Source: Raillietiella orientalis
Lineage: Eukaryota
Direction: 5' to 3'
Assembly: GCA_036172245.1 (NCBI GenBank)
Contig: JAYWIR010000046.1
Coordinates: 1,178,001 to 1,242,000 of the forward strand
DNA length: 64,000 nt
In this document: piece by piece, positions 22,830 through 37,100 of the stretch
How positions within the stretch are numbered: position 1 is the first letter of the stretch
Layout: every line of letters begins with the position of its first letter
Program-made: the position numbers and the translations under genes
Notes under the pieces: model-generated
Databases searched by the model: none
Told to the model about the DNA's origin: nothing
The model's input: the letters and a program-made list of their open reading frames with translations, nothing else

Positions 22830-25800
22830 TGAACGCCTACGCCGGACATTAGCTTCAGCAAGGGCGTCCTTTCGCAATTGTCGGAGAGGATGACGAAGCT
22901 CCGTCTCCAGGAGAATTGGCTCGCACCGCGTACAGGAAGCAGTGGACGCGTCCTGCGCCTTTGCGCACACTGCGTGCTCAAGGCGCAGGCTGAATTGCAG
23001 CTGCCCGTTTTCCGCTTGTCTTGGTCCGGATGCAGGTGCTTCTCGGCTCGGATCGGTCAGGACAATGGTGTGTTGCCGGATAGAGAGAAAGAAGGTGAAG
23101 CTCCGGCTGGTGGGTGCGAAGGGGAGGCGCCCTTGATGTTCGCAGGTGGGAGGGAAGTTCGCGATTTTGATTCCTACTTTCGGAAGTCCGTTTTCCGGAA
23201 CGGAGGCTCCGAGGATGCGTTTCGACCCCCGTCGGCAGCTTCGTTTCCGCCAACATGAGCGCACCCCGCCGCCCCTATCGGCGGATGCTTCTCCATCCGT
23301 CCATGACTCGCCGTGCGGAACGGGGACGCGTCCGCGAATGCTGGCAGGGCAAATCCCACCGCAACGAAGAAATGCGGGAGGCGCAAGCACAGGTTGGGAC
23401 TCTACGGGAACGAACGGGAAGAGCGCGGGCGGCGTACCCATCTTCGAAGAGGGACGCGATGCCTGTTGCTGCCCGCAACTTGGATGGCTGCGGATAGATG
23501 GGAGTTCTGTTCCGCCCGTCCGTTGGATCGGACTGAAGCGAATGGTGCCAGCGAGACGGAATGTTGATGCGTGCAGCCTGTTCCTCGGAAGGCGGTTCTT
23601 TCGTGAGAAGGGACTGTGTCGCCGCACTGAAGATCTTGCCTCCCATCCTTCCATTCATCTCTTTTGTTTTTGTTTGGAGTGCACTTGCCGGTTTCTCGCT
23701 CCCGTTCCCATGGCACCCTTCTCTAGCGCCTTGTCAACATGCAGCTCTCTCGGCCGCCTCCCCTTGCGACAACGCTCGCAGGAGGGCGTCCCACTCTATC
23801 GTTTCTTTCTCGCTTCGATCCCATCGCATTGCTTGCGGGAAAGGCGCGTGCCTGGGGAAACGGGCGGGCGGCGCGACCAAGCTGATCCGCTTGCGACCTC
23901 ACTCACGCTGGCTCCGAAAGATGCATCGCGGCATCGCCAATATCCTCGGAGGTGTGTGCGGTGCTCAATAGCTCTCGTGTGACCTCGAAAGATTCGCGCG
24001 GCGACTGCTCTTCTTTGCAAAAGGGGAAGTCCGAAGCTCCGTCCATCTGCTCTCGATTCGCGTGTGGTCGTTTGGTGCCCGACGGAGGAGACCCAAGCCG
24101 GAGCTGAAAAGACGGATGGATGAGTTGCCTTCGCTCCGCTGAAGCTCCAGGCGGCTCTGGACGCGGAACGTGGGGCAGAGACTGCCGCTAGGAACACACT
24201 TCCCACGGGAACGAGCGACGACTTTCCTGCGATCGTTGCTGATCGACGCATCCCGATCGACGCACATGACGAGGGTGCAAGCTGGAGACGGCGACATCTC
24301 CCATTTCTGTCGGTGGAACGCCGCTTCTCCCTGGAACTGCTTCCTTCTTCGGTGGGAAGGGTTGACCCGGTCTAGGCCGGATTTTCTTCCGCTTCGGAAG
24401 CGCCCACTTGCACCACGGAGGCGAGTCATCTTTGCGTCAGTGCACCTGCGTCCCCCGTCCGCTTCCAGAAGCTGTGACTCTTTGCGAGCACGCGAGAGGG
24501 ATGGCAATAAGGTGAGGAAGGGGTTGGGGTCCCTTCGGAGTTCAGAGCCCGTGGTCCGCGAGCGATGCGTCTTTGCATCTCTCGTGGAACATTCATAGGT
24601 GGTCTCGCCGAGCAGCTGCAGGGTGAAGGTGAAGGTGGTCACCGGGAAAGCAGCTTTTACGCAAGGCGCGTCGGCGGGGGAGTCACTTGCAAGAAAGCGT
24701 AAGCGGGACCACTCGCATCCCGTAGTGGCGGCCGCTCTTTCTGCCAGAGTCGCCCGTCGCTCCCAGAGCAGCGCGCGGTGCTTGCGTATCCATGACCGCG
24801 TTCTGCTCGGAGACGCCTTCGTCATCCGCACTGCTTCCGCTTCCACCGCGCGGATCCTTTTCCGTGCGAACGTCTTCGCTTGCGGCGAGCGCGCTCCCGC
24901 AATGGCACCTGGTGCGCCGCGTCTTCCGAGCACGGCTGAGTTCCTGTCTTTAGGCGCGCCCACGGAACTGTTTCTGAGTTCCGAGCAGCTGCTAAAGAGC
25001 ACGTGCGCGCCGGAGACGCGAGTCGGATGCACTTTCACCGAAATCTCCGCTCGGATGCTTGGTATCCGGCGGAGCCTGCGAGGACCCTCCGGTCGCTGTT
25101 GTTGCGCTCTGCTTCGAACTTTCCTGCCTAGCTGATCGCTTCCTCGTTGATGGTCCCTCTTAATCAAATGATTGCGGTAATGGCAAAGCATCCGGATCGC
25201 CATTTTCCGCTCCAGACCCGCTGATCCTCTCTCTGCACGATTGGCCTGCTGGCCTGCACGCGGAGGCCTTCCATCCGTGCCGAACGTCGCAGTCTGCTTG
25301 CGCAGGCGACGCCGGGAACCTTCATGCTCCTCTTGCAGAGTGCTGCCAGCGCTTCGGTAACAGGTGCTCCCTCACGCCCCTGCCGTCGTTCTGCGCTTGC
25401 CCGTTGCCCGAGTCGCTGATGGAGACTGCCGGTCGATCGCCACCGGGGCGCGACAACTGGTCAGTCTTCCGTAGCGGAGAGGAAAGTGCGTGAGAGGGAG
25501 GGGAGGCGCGCTGGATGCTCTCGTGTCGTCACAAGTTCTCGATTTGGGATGAGGTTTCGTGGAGGAAGTGCGTCACTCCGGCCAAAAGGAGCGATCCAGA
25601 AAAGGTCGAGCGCTTACGTGAACGTGGTCAAAGCCCGCAGAGGATTCGCGGTGATGCTGCAAAAGATGCAGACGTGTATCGCAAGTTGCGATGCGCATCC
25701 GAAGTCACGCTGCCGCGAAACGGGGTCTCTCCATGTGGATGGTTGTGGCGAGAAGCTGCTCCGATGTCTTTCCGTGCGTGAGATCCTTCGACGTTCCTCG

Positions 25801-26110
25801 ACACGTCGGTCTTCTGCAGTCATCAATCCGCCACTGGCGAATGCAGTCGCGAAACGTCCGCAGCATACGATTCAGTGCATCCCCGTACTGCTCAGCTCAG
25901 CAGGTTGCGTTCTCCCCCTGCCGATTCACCGTGCATGTGTTGTGTTCCTCTGGGAACGCGCTCGCGAAGGGGTTCGACTCGGAAGTCCACGGGCCGCGAC
26001 GACAATGCGCGCGCATGCGTGCCGCGATGCACGTTGCCGCCACCGTTCCTCAGGACAGCAGCATGCGAAGAGACGCGAGCAAGCTCAGGTGAGCGAAGCG
26101 AAGGGAGCAG
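22830..26110 (+). mobile_element. Degenerate copia pol relic (integrase-RT-RNase H)
   Basis: CAHCVLKAQ..PVF, GGKFAILI, RWNAA..LPLRKRPL..VIF..LRAR..VFASLV (ORF 24170-24598), TGKAAFTQG (ORF 24599-25135, DVKTAFLxG-like), KRSSAYV..QKMQTCIAS..FLWERAREG..TMRAH (ORF 25486-26337). Confidence 0.7.
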
Positions 26111-26299
26111 TGGCTCGGAAAGCGTGGTCTGGCGCGTGTGCGGAAAGCGCACGAGCGCTTCCTAACAGGTGCCACCGCTCGTGGCAACGGAAGGAAAACA
26201 ACGTGCTTCTTCGGGAGATCCTTGAGAGCATCCCTGCGACGTGGGCGCAGCTCTGCCTTCGCATTTGCACGCCGACGGATTCGTTGGGAAAGTCATGCG

Positions 26300-29200
26300 G
26301 CGCCTTTGCCCGCGGCTATGCGCCATGGGAACCCTGAAATGCCAAAGTGACCAGCGGGAAAAAGAAGCGTCGATCAGGCGATCTCGGTGCGTGCGACTCT
26401 CCTCTTCGTTGTCAGCTGATCCGGAAGAGTCCCGTCCACGGAGCCGACGTCCTCCAAAGCGTTCTGTTGTGGAGCTTGCAGCAAAGGCAACAACAGTGTT
26501 TGCAAGGCTTGTTGGATCGCTCAGGCGTCTCCCGAGTTTGGCGAGATGGGAGAAGCACAGAGACGACCATCTCTTGTTGGAGCAGATGCGCTGTTCGTCG
26601 CGTCGATGGTCGGGTTGCGGCGCCCCTACGTACGAGATGGTGGGTGAGTTCGCGACTGCTGCCGACAGGGAGGCACTGAAGCGAAATCGACAGGAGGCGC
26701 ATTGACTTTAGCATGGAGGGAAACCTGAGGGATTCCTGTCAGCCCTTTCTGGAGTCCCTTGAGGAAGAACTAAAAAAGAGATGCCTCTTCATCGCTGCGC
26801 GAGATGGCCTGCACCAAAGTTGACACGCATGACGAAGTGCCCGAAGAGCAGTTTTGCTTTCCCTATCCGATAGGGGTCATCCAGGAAACCGAGAATCGTT
26901 GGAGGTGCCACTCGTTGATGGGTGGGGGTGCGAAGAAGCTGCAGCACTGCGTGGAAACGCGAGTTCTCTTAGCGCCCAGCAGAGCTTCCAGATGTGACTC
27001 CGTACCCCCCCTTTTGCCCACACGTCGATGGACGCCGGATGCCCTTGAACGAAATCTTGGAAGGGGACGAAGGAACGCATCCTTGTCTCCCTCGTTCTGT
27101 TCCAATCGCGGAAAAAGGCTGCCATATTCGACGGTTGCGCCCAGGTACGGCTGCCGGCACCACCGCACCGCGCCCTCTCCACGCGTGCGCGAACCGCACC
27201 CGACATTGCTGCTCACGCCGCGGTTCGCTCCCGAAGACGATTCCTCGCTGGGGAGCACCACCAGCTCGTTCTGAGACTTTGCGATGGCCTCCGCGTAGGT
27301 TCCGCCCTACGGGCCTCTGTCTGTGGCATCCCGCTTCCTGTGCCCGTTTCAGGAGAGTCGAGAGAGTGAGAGGGAACGCATCTGTGGCCCTCTCAGATTT
27401 CCAGGGTGCACTCTGCGCAGGAGCACTGGGTCCGAATCCGTGATGCCTCATCGCTTCCTCCTTCTCAAACTTGCGGACAAGCAGCGCTTCGCCTTGCTTT
27501 CCTAGACGCTGGGAAGGCACCTCGCAACTGAATGAGCTTGTTGCCTGCTTCTGCCGGCGCATTCCTTCTTCCGCGTGCTTGCGGTAGTTTCGGAAAGTCC
27601 CGTGCGTCCGAAGGGAAGGGTGCGTTCTCCCGCCACTCAGGGGGGGAGACTGGTCGTCCGGGAGTTGCCAGATGCTGCGGTTCGATGGGAAGCGTGAGCG
27701 CAGAGAGGACTTGCCGTGGCCCCTCACGGGCTCTGTCCCAGATTTGCGCAGTCTTCAGACGAAGTCCCACGATGTTCTGCGTGCGAGGAGAGCTCATGCC
27801 ACCGTAGTCGAAAGGGTGCTGCAAGTGCGACGCACCCGGGAAGGCGATCGCGTTCGCAGCGCTCCGCACGGGCTCCTGAAACTGCACTCTGGCTAGGAAG
27901 TCGCTCGCGCTGGACGTGCTTCATCCATGACGTCGGTGCGGCGAAACGCGGACGAGTCCGCTCACGACATCGGCTATCGTACGGAGGGGCACTCTGCGTG
28001 TGGCTCTGACGCTTTACGATGGGATTCCGCGACAGCAAGCCGGCCGCAGTCTTCCCTCCCCTCCACCCGAGTGCTTCTCTGAGCCGGAGTTTAGCGCCAC
28101 CGCATCCGTCTCCGCTCTCGCCTGCATCCCCACTTCCTGTGCGTACAATGAGCATGTGGGAGTGGGTGTTCCCTGCTCACTGCGCGATTCACCCCTGACG
28201 GTTTCTTTCGTCCTGCAGTCATATGCAGCACGCGCCGTCTCAGCAGGTGCCGATGGCTGCAGGCAAAAGTCAGCAGGAAAGCAGCTGACCTCTCCCGCGT
28301 GCTCGGCGAGCTCTCACTCTGCGGGCGCGCCTCGCTTGCTCCGTCCCCGCAGGGCGCCTGAAGAGGTGCGTCACCCGAACGGGTGACGCGCTGCTTCTCT
28401 GGAGCGCGCAGCGCGCACGAAGGTCGTTTCTTTCACGGAGGTGGCGGCGACCGGCAGGCTGTTGCCGCGGACTCGCTGCCTCCCGCGTTTCGTTCGAAAA
28501 GGCCGGAGGGTTCGTGTGCTATTCGGCTGCTTGGTGCTTGCCCGGTTGTCGCAGCGGGGAGTAGACTTTTCCCATCTCCAGGGAAGACGGTCTTTCTGCA
28601 AGGGGCGTGCGTAGGGGCGTCGTTCGTTCCACGATCAGGCATCGTCCCTTCCGCTCTCCCGCTTCCCCGATGCGAGCGACAGGCTCGCAGTGACCCCGAC
28701 GACTGCCGATCTCTTGAGCATCTCGAGAGCGCGTCCGAACACAGTGCGCACCGCTTCCTCTCGTTTCTCGTCGACCGGAGGGCGTGCCGAGAGCGCTATC
28801 CCGGCGAGATGCGCCAGCGGCCCCATGTGATCCCTCGTGCCCACCAGCTTTCCCGAACGAATTTGGGACTTGGGCGGACTTCCCGTCGACTATCCGAGCT
28901 CATTCGTGACACGGGCACACTCGCGAAAGTCGGAACTTGGAGATCGGGCGCAGCCTTCTTCCTATGCTGTCTGGGAAACGAGGGCTGCAAAGAAGAACTC
29001 TGCGAAGGAGAGTTCCAAGTAGCGAGCGATGGATTCGCGCCGCAAGAATCCACAAAGATCTTTTCATCTCGCCTCCTTCCGTCACACCTGCAGGCTTGCG
29101 TGACGAACCTCGCGTGACCATCGGCAGCGGGGAATCCCTCAGTGTCGGTCCGCGGAGGGTTTCGCGCGATCGAAGCCCTCGGGGCCCGAGGGAGCGGATC

Positions 29201-30650
29201 GCTCGCTTTGGGCATCGTGGACAGACAAAGCGCTCTGTCTCAACGGCTGCGGTCAACACGTGACCGGGCGAGGTGTTCTGGGAGTCCGCATTTCTCTCGG
29301 ACGCCGTTCGATCGCAGAAGAACGTGTGTGCCGTGAGGACGCCTTCGCTGGCGATAAGAGGAAGGTCCGCGGTTCCAGCTGCGACCTCACCTAAATGCCT
29401 TCCGAACGGCCGCAGCGAGGCGGCTGGTCACTCTCCACTTCCGACGTTCGCCGGTCTTCCCCCTTCCAAGATGGTTCCTTGCAGTGCGCCTGCCACTCGC
29501 GCCGCACGTGGGGGACGACCACAGGTCGCCCCGTTTGGGGTGAGGGGGAGTGGTCGAACGGGGTGTCCCGAACAGTTCGTCGGTCCGCGATCGGCTCGCT
29601 GGGTGGCATCTGCTCCCACCTGTTCCGCAGCCCCCGCACGTGGCTGCTCTCCTGCTGACGCGGGACAGCGGACCGGCAGAGCTTCCCGGAGTGGGATGGC
29701 GACGCAACTGGAGTCCCTCACCCTTCCGATACAGCTCGGTCTCCCTGCATGGCCTTTCTTCGCTGGGCCCCGTTCGCTCTGGCGACCGGTCCGCTAGTCA
29801 CCACTGCAGCAGATGAAAAGTGGGCCACCAGGCGAGGGGTGTCCACCCTCCGTGGAGGTGAGGATAGCGGGGGGGGAAGGGGAACGGTGTCGGCGTCGTG
29901 ATGGGATTCCGGCGAAGGGCCGCGTTCTTCTGCGACGCTGATGGACAGCGTGGCGTGCGATCGGGACAGGGACGGCGACAGTTGTTGTCACAGCAAGAGC
30001 GTTGCGTGAGGAAGGAAGTAGCGCATCTTTTCGGGGCGTGCGAGCGAAGAGCCACCGGGAGAAAAAAGGGAGTAGATGAGTACGAGGGGCGCTCCCGAGG
30101 GGAAGATGCAGTTCGCTTTCATGGAAGGGATCAGCAGCTGCCCAGGTATCCCGGGGGACGTCCGCAGCGCGTCGGGTGTTGGCTGTAGAGCAACCAGGGC
30201 GCCAAGGATAGCTTGGGACGCGTCCCAGGCCAAACCGGGTGCATCGCCGTCGGCTCAGGGAGCAAACAGCGCTGCTCTCCGGGTGCTCATTGTGGGAAGC
30301 TGCCTGGTTGCGTCGGTCGCCGGCAGGGAGCAGCTCAGGCGCGGGTAGGACCCAGTCGTCGTGCAGCTCTGTCCCGATGGCAGCGTGGGCGCGTGAAGAC
30401 TCGAGAAACTGGCATGGCAAGGATGCGCTGCTCTCTGTGAGGAGGCGGTGCCACCGCTCCGGACTGCTCTCGCGGCATCCGGCGACGCAGACGAGCGAGG
30501 AAGAGGACGGGTCGTGCGGTCTCGTCGGAGAGGCCGGAGCGCACCTTGGACAGTGCGGCATATGCCCGAGTCGCTCGCAAAAGAGCCGGCATAGCGGATG
30601 GGATTCCAGAGAAGGTAATCTCTGGACCAGCAGAGGGATGCGGTGACTAT
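26300..30650 (+). mobile_element. Degenerate copia gag-pol relic
   Basis: IFDGCA (protease-like), LLKLHSG, RQQAGRSL..EPEF..SAGAPRLL (ORF 28000-28386), RSKRPE..LLG, TLAKVGTW (ORF 28383-29117), ESAFL..KCLPNGRSEA (ORF 29273-29797), EGISS..GDVRSASG..IAWDASQ (ORF 30076-30348), EDSR, ICPSRSQ. Confidence 0.65.
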
Positions 30651-30899
30651 GCTTATCCATGGAGACCCCGGCAACGGCAGTCGGCCCCGAATCTTCCGCT
30701 GGCGTGTTTCGAAGCGGAGTAAGGGCGACCGAGCGGAGAGCGCGGGCGGGTTCGGTCTGCCGACCTGCGAAGGGCGGGGACTCTGCCGATGCGGAACGGA
30801 ATCCCGGGTCGATGTCGGCAGGGGCAGGGGACGCGATTCCAGGAAGTGTGTTTTCCGGGCTGGAGAGCAGCACCGGAGCGTTTAGTTGTTGGAAGTGGG

Positions 30900-33800
30900 A
30901 GCGTGGGGCTCTCCTGCTGGACGCGATGGGGGTGGAGGGAGTTCCAGGAAGCGCTTCTCGACGTGGGAGTCGGAAGCCACAGCAAGCTCCCGGGAGATCG
31001 GCTCCCGCTTCGATGTTTCCAGAGAGATTCGATGCCTGCTTATCTGGAAAGCGGGTGCCGGAAGAGGCTGCTGCTCCCCTTCCTGGAACGAACCCTGAAA
31101 GGTGCCGTCAAAGAGGTGAGCAGCGCCGCGTCAGAAGAGTCCCGAGGCTGCGGCCGTCTTCCCCGTCCGTTGCGGAGCGCCACGGCAGGATCCGGGACGA
31201 TAGGCGGACTCGCGGAGTAGCACCGGCGGCGTGACGGTTATCGACCCTGACCCCTGCTCGGGGGCCGCCGCTCCTGATGGAGCGGTGCGGTCCGCTCGAT
31301 CTCCCCTGTCCGAACGACAGGAGGCAGAACTGCCGGAAGCTGGAGATGAGTACCTTCTTCCGCATCTCAGATGCGTGCGATGCCCCTGGACGACCAGGCT
31401 GAAAGCCTCCCGGATCAGGGGCTTCCGAGGAGAGAAGATGCGGCCGCCCCCTCCGTCTGACAGCGAGCAGACATCCTGCGCTGCTTTTCGCGACTGGAAC
31501 GGCATCTTTGCTGTCTCTCCGTTGCTCTGGGCAACACGTCGCACCCGCTCGGCTATGGATGCTGGCAATGCGCATCTTCCATCAGCTGGACCGCGCGCGC
31601 ATGCTCCTCCCGAGGTGGGGTTTCTGGGGAAGAGGGGTGGATGAATCCGTCGCGCACCAAGAAATTCGACTCAAGGAGAGTGTGGCTGCAGATCCCTGCG
31701 TTTCCTCTGACGGGTACGGCCGTTGTTCTGGAGATCGCAGTCGCCCTCTGACTCAGGGGAGGCGCCGACGAGGGGCTTCTCTTCTCAGCGCCGATCTCAG
31801 AGCGCGCGTCTCTCCGAGAGTAGAAGAACACGAAACGAACGCTCCGATGACTTCTCCCCGGATGCGGCGTCTCCCACTCGAGAGCGGACCTCTGCGGCTT
31901 CCTGACCAGGTGGAGCGGCCACCCCCGGGAAGACAAGGCCCCGAGGAGCGGGCTCGACGGTCAGCTTTGCATGGATCCGCGGGGGCGAGGCGAACGTCGC
32001 GGGTCGTCATCGCGCCAACGAGTTGTCGACTGCCCTCCGCTGGGTTACCCGGAAGGGGAACGAGGGAGACGAATCGGAATGTTCTTGCGCAGGAGCCGCT
32101 CTGTAACGAAAGGGGAATCGAATAAGGGATCCAGGTGTCGGGTGGCACCTTGTCAAAAGAGGGGGCGAACGTTGGCACTTGGTGAACACACGGGACGCAC
32201 TGCCCGTAGGCTGCGACGACGACCTGTGGAGGAGCCTTTCCCACAACTGCGCGGATCACGGTGCTAATTGCGAACAGGCGCGGGATGCATCTCTCTGACG
32301 CCGTTTGGGAAGAGGCAAGGGTTGCGGTGCGCGAGATGCTGCCCTCTTTGGGGGAAAATGCAAGACGGGGAGAAAAGTTCGGAAGGGAAAGGTAGATTTT
32401 TTCGAAGGGTGAAGGGGTGCTGCCGTCATGCAATCCGGGCTGGCACCCGTGGGACGACGACCCCACTTGTCTCCACGCAGCGAGAGAACGGATCCGCGCC
32501 TGGAATGCGGGCGGCGTTTGGTCGGGCGGCACAGGCAGCGGGAAAGCGTGCCTCAGGGACACTACGGCGCGCTGGGAGCCCGGATCAAACGATGTGCAGC
32601 GGCTCGATCGCCGCCTCCCGGTCCACAACTCTTTTTGCCGACCGTTCCTGACACGCACGCGCTGGAGAGCGAAGCTGCAGAATCGCTCCTGCGGCGAGTT
32701 TCCCTAAAAGTGAAGGGCACCTGCGATCCCTTCCTGGTGGGAAGTCGCACCTGGACGACCTTGGGGTTCCCGTAGGCAGAGGACCGGCTTCCTCAACTTT
32801 GAGATGTGCTTCGTTTGAGTTCCCTGGACCTGGAGATCGGAAATCTTCTCTCGGGGACGGCGACTCTGCTTGCCCGAGCTGCGCACTTTCGAGACGTCCC
32901 CGGACGCGGTCCCATGGCAGCAGGGAGGGCGTCACTGAAGTGCCGCAGGTGTCCCGATGGCAAAGACCGGGACAGCTGAGCCAACGTCGCCTAGCTAATG
33001 CGGGTCACCGCTCCGAGGTCTCCGACAAAGCAATCTCCCCCGTGTTTCCATGCACGCGCCCCTCCCTCTTTTGGTTTACATTCATTTTTGTTGCATTTCG
33101 CCTTTGCATCTCCATCCGACGTGAGGAAGCAGAAGAGGACCAAAATGTCGTGCCGAAGGAAGCGCCGTCGACCTCCCGTGCGAAGCAAAGCCGATGAAGC
33201 GCACCTCGAGCCCTCTCACTACCGCGCTCACCCCTTCAAAACCTCCCCCCTTCCTGGATAAGCACGTCTTGCCGTTCTCTGGAACTGCCTCCAGTCCGTT
33301 TTCCTACGTGTTCTGGATGGAGTGCCGGGTGTCTTGCCAACCGGAGCACGGTCGGAAGCCCGTCGCTGTACCTGTTGCTTGCTCCTCGCACCTGTGTCCA
33401 GGGACGCCCCGGACACGTGACGAAGACGCCCCCGGTGCGGTTTTGTGGTCCCCGTGATGAGCCGGGGCTTGTCCCTGTGAAAACGAGAGGCGGCGATGCA
33501 GAGGATGCTTCGTGCACCACCAATGCGAGTCTCCGCATCCGCCCGTGTCCAGCGTGCGGGGGCGATGCGTGAGTTTGCGTTTGCGGAGTCCACCGTCGGC
33601 TACCCTTTGCACCTCCGAGCGGATGATCTAGGGAAGAAATGCTTGAAAGCGCTGAACCATTTGGTGCAGAGCACGTGCGAATGACGACGCCGAATCCCAT
33701 TGCGGAGAGAATCTGTACGTCCGTCTCGTTGGCGACTGCGCCATCGGCACCAACTCTCTCGTTCATACAACTCGCTTCCGTAAGCGTTTTGCACTCTTTG

Positions 33801-35595
33801 GCTGCTGAACGCGGCCAGTGCACTTGCAGTCTCCGTCTGTCAGCAGGAACTCAGGAAGGGGTCCCGTGTCCCCGGGAACCTCCAGCGGTGGGTAGCGCTC
33901 TGCAACTTTGGGGGACTCGAGCGAGGAACCTTTGTCCGGGAGTCGATAACGGAAATGCATCTGGCAGAGGTCATCGCAGAAAATGGCCTCCGGTTGAGTT
34001 GGATTCTTTTATATGAAATGGGCTTTCCTGTGTTGGCTGCGAAGCATCTTGCCATTGAAGCATTTACGCATTCGAGTTGCCTGGAAATGGCATGCTGGAC
34101 GCCGCGTCGCAATGGTCGGTAAGCAGAGCACCCAGTCCGGGGGCTGCATCCGTCACGAGATAAAGTCCGTCTTTACTTTTTTCCGTGCGTCCGAGCGCCG
34201 GTCACCGTTTTTTTCATGAAACGAAATCTCCGAAGAAAGCGTGGTCTTGCTAACTGGTCATCATGGGCAACACATCCCATCAGCATCACCGCGGGCTGGT
34301 CGTAGAAGGTTTCAGGCTTGGCTTACGGCGAAGCTGCCATGCTTCGACCGTTTGGCGCAGATGTCAAAGAGAACCCTCCCTCTCGTGCGCGCTGGATGCG
34401 TCCCAAAGCTTCGTTGCCGACACTTGGAGGCATTCGCTTGTTTCGCTGCGCTTTTGCGGGCGCAAAGCAGTCGCATCGCAACTCGACAGCTCTCAGCTCC
34501 TCCTGCTTGGTTGCAACCTCTTCATGGTCGCTTGCTTCTCTGAGAAGCAAGCGACTGATGCCTCGTACTCGGCCACAAAGCTGGAAATGAGAACGGTGTG
34601 ATTACGACTCCAGCTCAGCCTTCGAACAGCTACGTTCACAGATGCTCCCTTCTCAAACTAATCCCGGTCATCCAGTCGATGTTCAATCGAAGAACATTGC
34701 CAGCCACCGGGATGTCGCGTGGACGCGCCACATCAGTGCCTTCTGGGAAATGGCATCAGAGAGTCACTGTCTTGACAGAAAATCGGATGCGGCATTCCCA
34801 AGGGGATCCGTCGGTAGAGGCTCACGCTTGAAGGACTACTTGGAAGATGAAATCCAGGGTGTTTCTTGTCCAGGCAACTCCCTAGAGCGTGCTGCAGAAC
34901 TGCGAAGCTCCATTTGTCGAACTGGCAACGGTCAACAGTCTCCCGGTCGCTTTCCATAAGGAGACGCGCTCATTCTTTGTTGCGCATCCTTATTATCAGA
35001 ACAGAACAGCGTCGTCTCGTGAAATTCCCAAAACGTTCTGAGCAGGCGGCTCTGTGAGCTCCGCATCGAAAGGCGGCGAAGGAGTCTCTCACGGTGGCGC
35101 AGAGGCGGAGATGATTCTGCGTTTGCCAGTCCATTTGCCCACCAACACTGGGTTTCTTTGGAGCGCTCGTTGCCGTCACTCGTGGCCACGGGAAGCTGAA
35201 AGGAATCCTAGGAGGTGTGCCTGAATCCTACGAGAAATCGGGCGATGTGCAGAAAACATCGTTGGCTTCCTTGCGTCAAGGGTGAGACCAGTCCGTTGTT
35301 TGGATAGGCAGAGGCGTTCTTGCGGAACGTCTTCCTATCGAGTTTGGCAAGCAGTGGGGCGGAGAGCTCAAGGTGCCATCCTCGAGGTCCCCATTGGCTT
35401 TTGATCCTGCAGAGACGGATCGCCGTGTTCGCGCCAGTCGCGTGGACTCCGCTGCCGCGCGATACGAGGTCAAACCATTCATTCTGAAGAAACTGACGTT
35501 TCAAACTGCGCTCTCTGCGCTTTGTGCCTTCCTTTCCCCATTCACGCAGAAGGGATCGCTCAGTTGGGAAGGGGATGTTTGTTTGCGGGGGTGTG
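30900..35595 (+). mobile_element. Degenerate copia gag-pol relic ending in a clear PPT+TGT
   Basis: AMDAGNAH (protease-like), GAMRE..LGKKCL, SAPTL..SVSVLHSLAAERG..RRKW..LDSF (ORF 33639-34016), TNPG, LKDYLED, SEQNSVV, AQGAIL; ttgcgggggtgt at 35583-35594. The 5' half is weakly supported. Confidence 0.6.
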
Positions 35596-35599
35596 CACT

Positions 35600-37100
35600 T
35601 TCATCGCACAGTGTGGCCCCGGGTAGGCGCTCCGCTCTGCCAAAGCTCCAAGGTAGATGCCAATGCAGCGCTCCTATTCGGGAGTGGCTGACGACCGCGA
35701 GGAAAAAGCGTGTGGGAACGAATGAGGCGCGCCGCGACGAGATGGCCTAGGCTGGTTTGCACGCTTGCACCGGGAGATGACCCTTCGCGAGTTCGAGAGC
35801 AAACGCACGGAACGCGCTCGCTTGGTTTTCTTCGACAGTTTCCGGTGCTCGGAAGCGGCGTAGGCGGCGTGCGTGGAGCGAATCGAGAGCGTTGGAAGCG
35901 AGCGTGGCAAAGGAATGGAACGGACGAGGGTTTCCGCTTCTTCCGCACGAATCGATTTCCGTGCCTCGTGCTGAAAAGATGTTCCTGTCGCCTCGATGGC
36001 CGGGATGGAGACGATTTTCGCGGAGTCTGCGTCCTCACCGCGTCATGGTGCGGCCCGAGTCTGGACGCGCTGGGCTCCGGAGGGGGTGAGAGAATCCAGC
36101 AGGAGAACGAAACGAAAGATAAGAAGCTGCTGACCTCGCTCGTAAAGTGCACTTCCAGGTCAAGGGCAGTCCGTGGGACGGTCCCGGAGTCTGAATGAAT
36201 GTGGCCCGAGTGGGAGAGATTGCGGCGCGTACGAACGGGATGATCCTGACAAGATTCCGTCATGCTTCGTGCCAGCAGTGCCGAAGGTCAGCGAAAAAGC
36301 GGAGTCAACCGCGCTGGACGTGGGCGCAAACCGAAAACCGTGCGACCTGGCCTCATGCAAGTTTGGCGTGCTTCTGGGAACCCCGAATGGAGAGCCCCAC
36401 TGCAAGTTTATCATCGTTCGCGCTCTAAGGGACGTCGCGATGACCTGACTGCACTTCAGGGCTCCTTCTCTCCAGGCAGTTGTCATCCATCTTCAAAGGG
36501 AGATCGAGCGAGCGAGCGAGTTCGCCCGGACTCTCCTCGCTAACAAAAAATAAAAAGCGCAATCCTTCACGCGGAGAAGGATGCATCCAGGCATTCGGAC
36601 TTCACTCGAGTTGTTCCTTTCTTCAAGGAATGACGGCCGTTTGCGTCCTCCACGGGAAGCAGGGATTCCCGAGGGGCTCCGCAGAACGCCCGGGTGAAGG
36701 ATCTTTTCGCGAAAGCTCGTGTTCCCTGATGCTCCGCTGCCCGGAACGGATCTTGGATTTCACTTGCTTGGACGTCGGTGGCCTGCCTCTCTTCGCGAGG
36801 GCACGCTCCTTGTGAAGTTCCCGAAACTTCCGCATTCCCGTCACCAGGAATGAAAGAAGCCGGACGCGAACGGGCAACGCGCGTCGCCCGCTCTGCGTGC
36901 GGAAGACGGAAGCATCCCGACCATCGTCGCTGCAGAACGTGGTTTCTGCAGCTTCTCGTACGGAGTTGGACTTTCGTAATGAATCTGCCGGAAGCACTCC
37001 GCCCAGCCACTACCTCCTTCCGAGGATCGCATCCCAGCATCCCAGGCGAGTAACGAGTCCGCCGGAACTGGGAGGCTCGACTGCCCATTCGTCGTGCGCG
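35600..37100 (-). mobile_element. Copia integrase fragment with possible upstream gag/protease
   Basis: HIHSDSG..ALDLEVHFTS..RHGNRF..APRTP (ORF 35601-36263) resembles VHSD.CGP..RYF..DNG.EF..P.TPQ. Confidence 0.55.
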
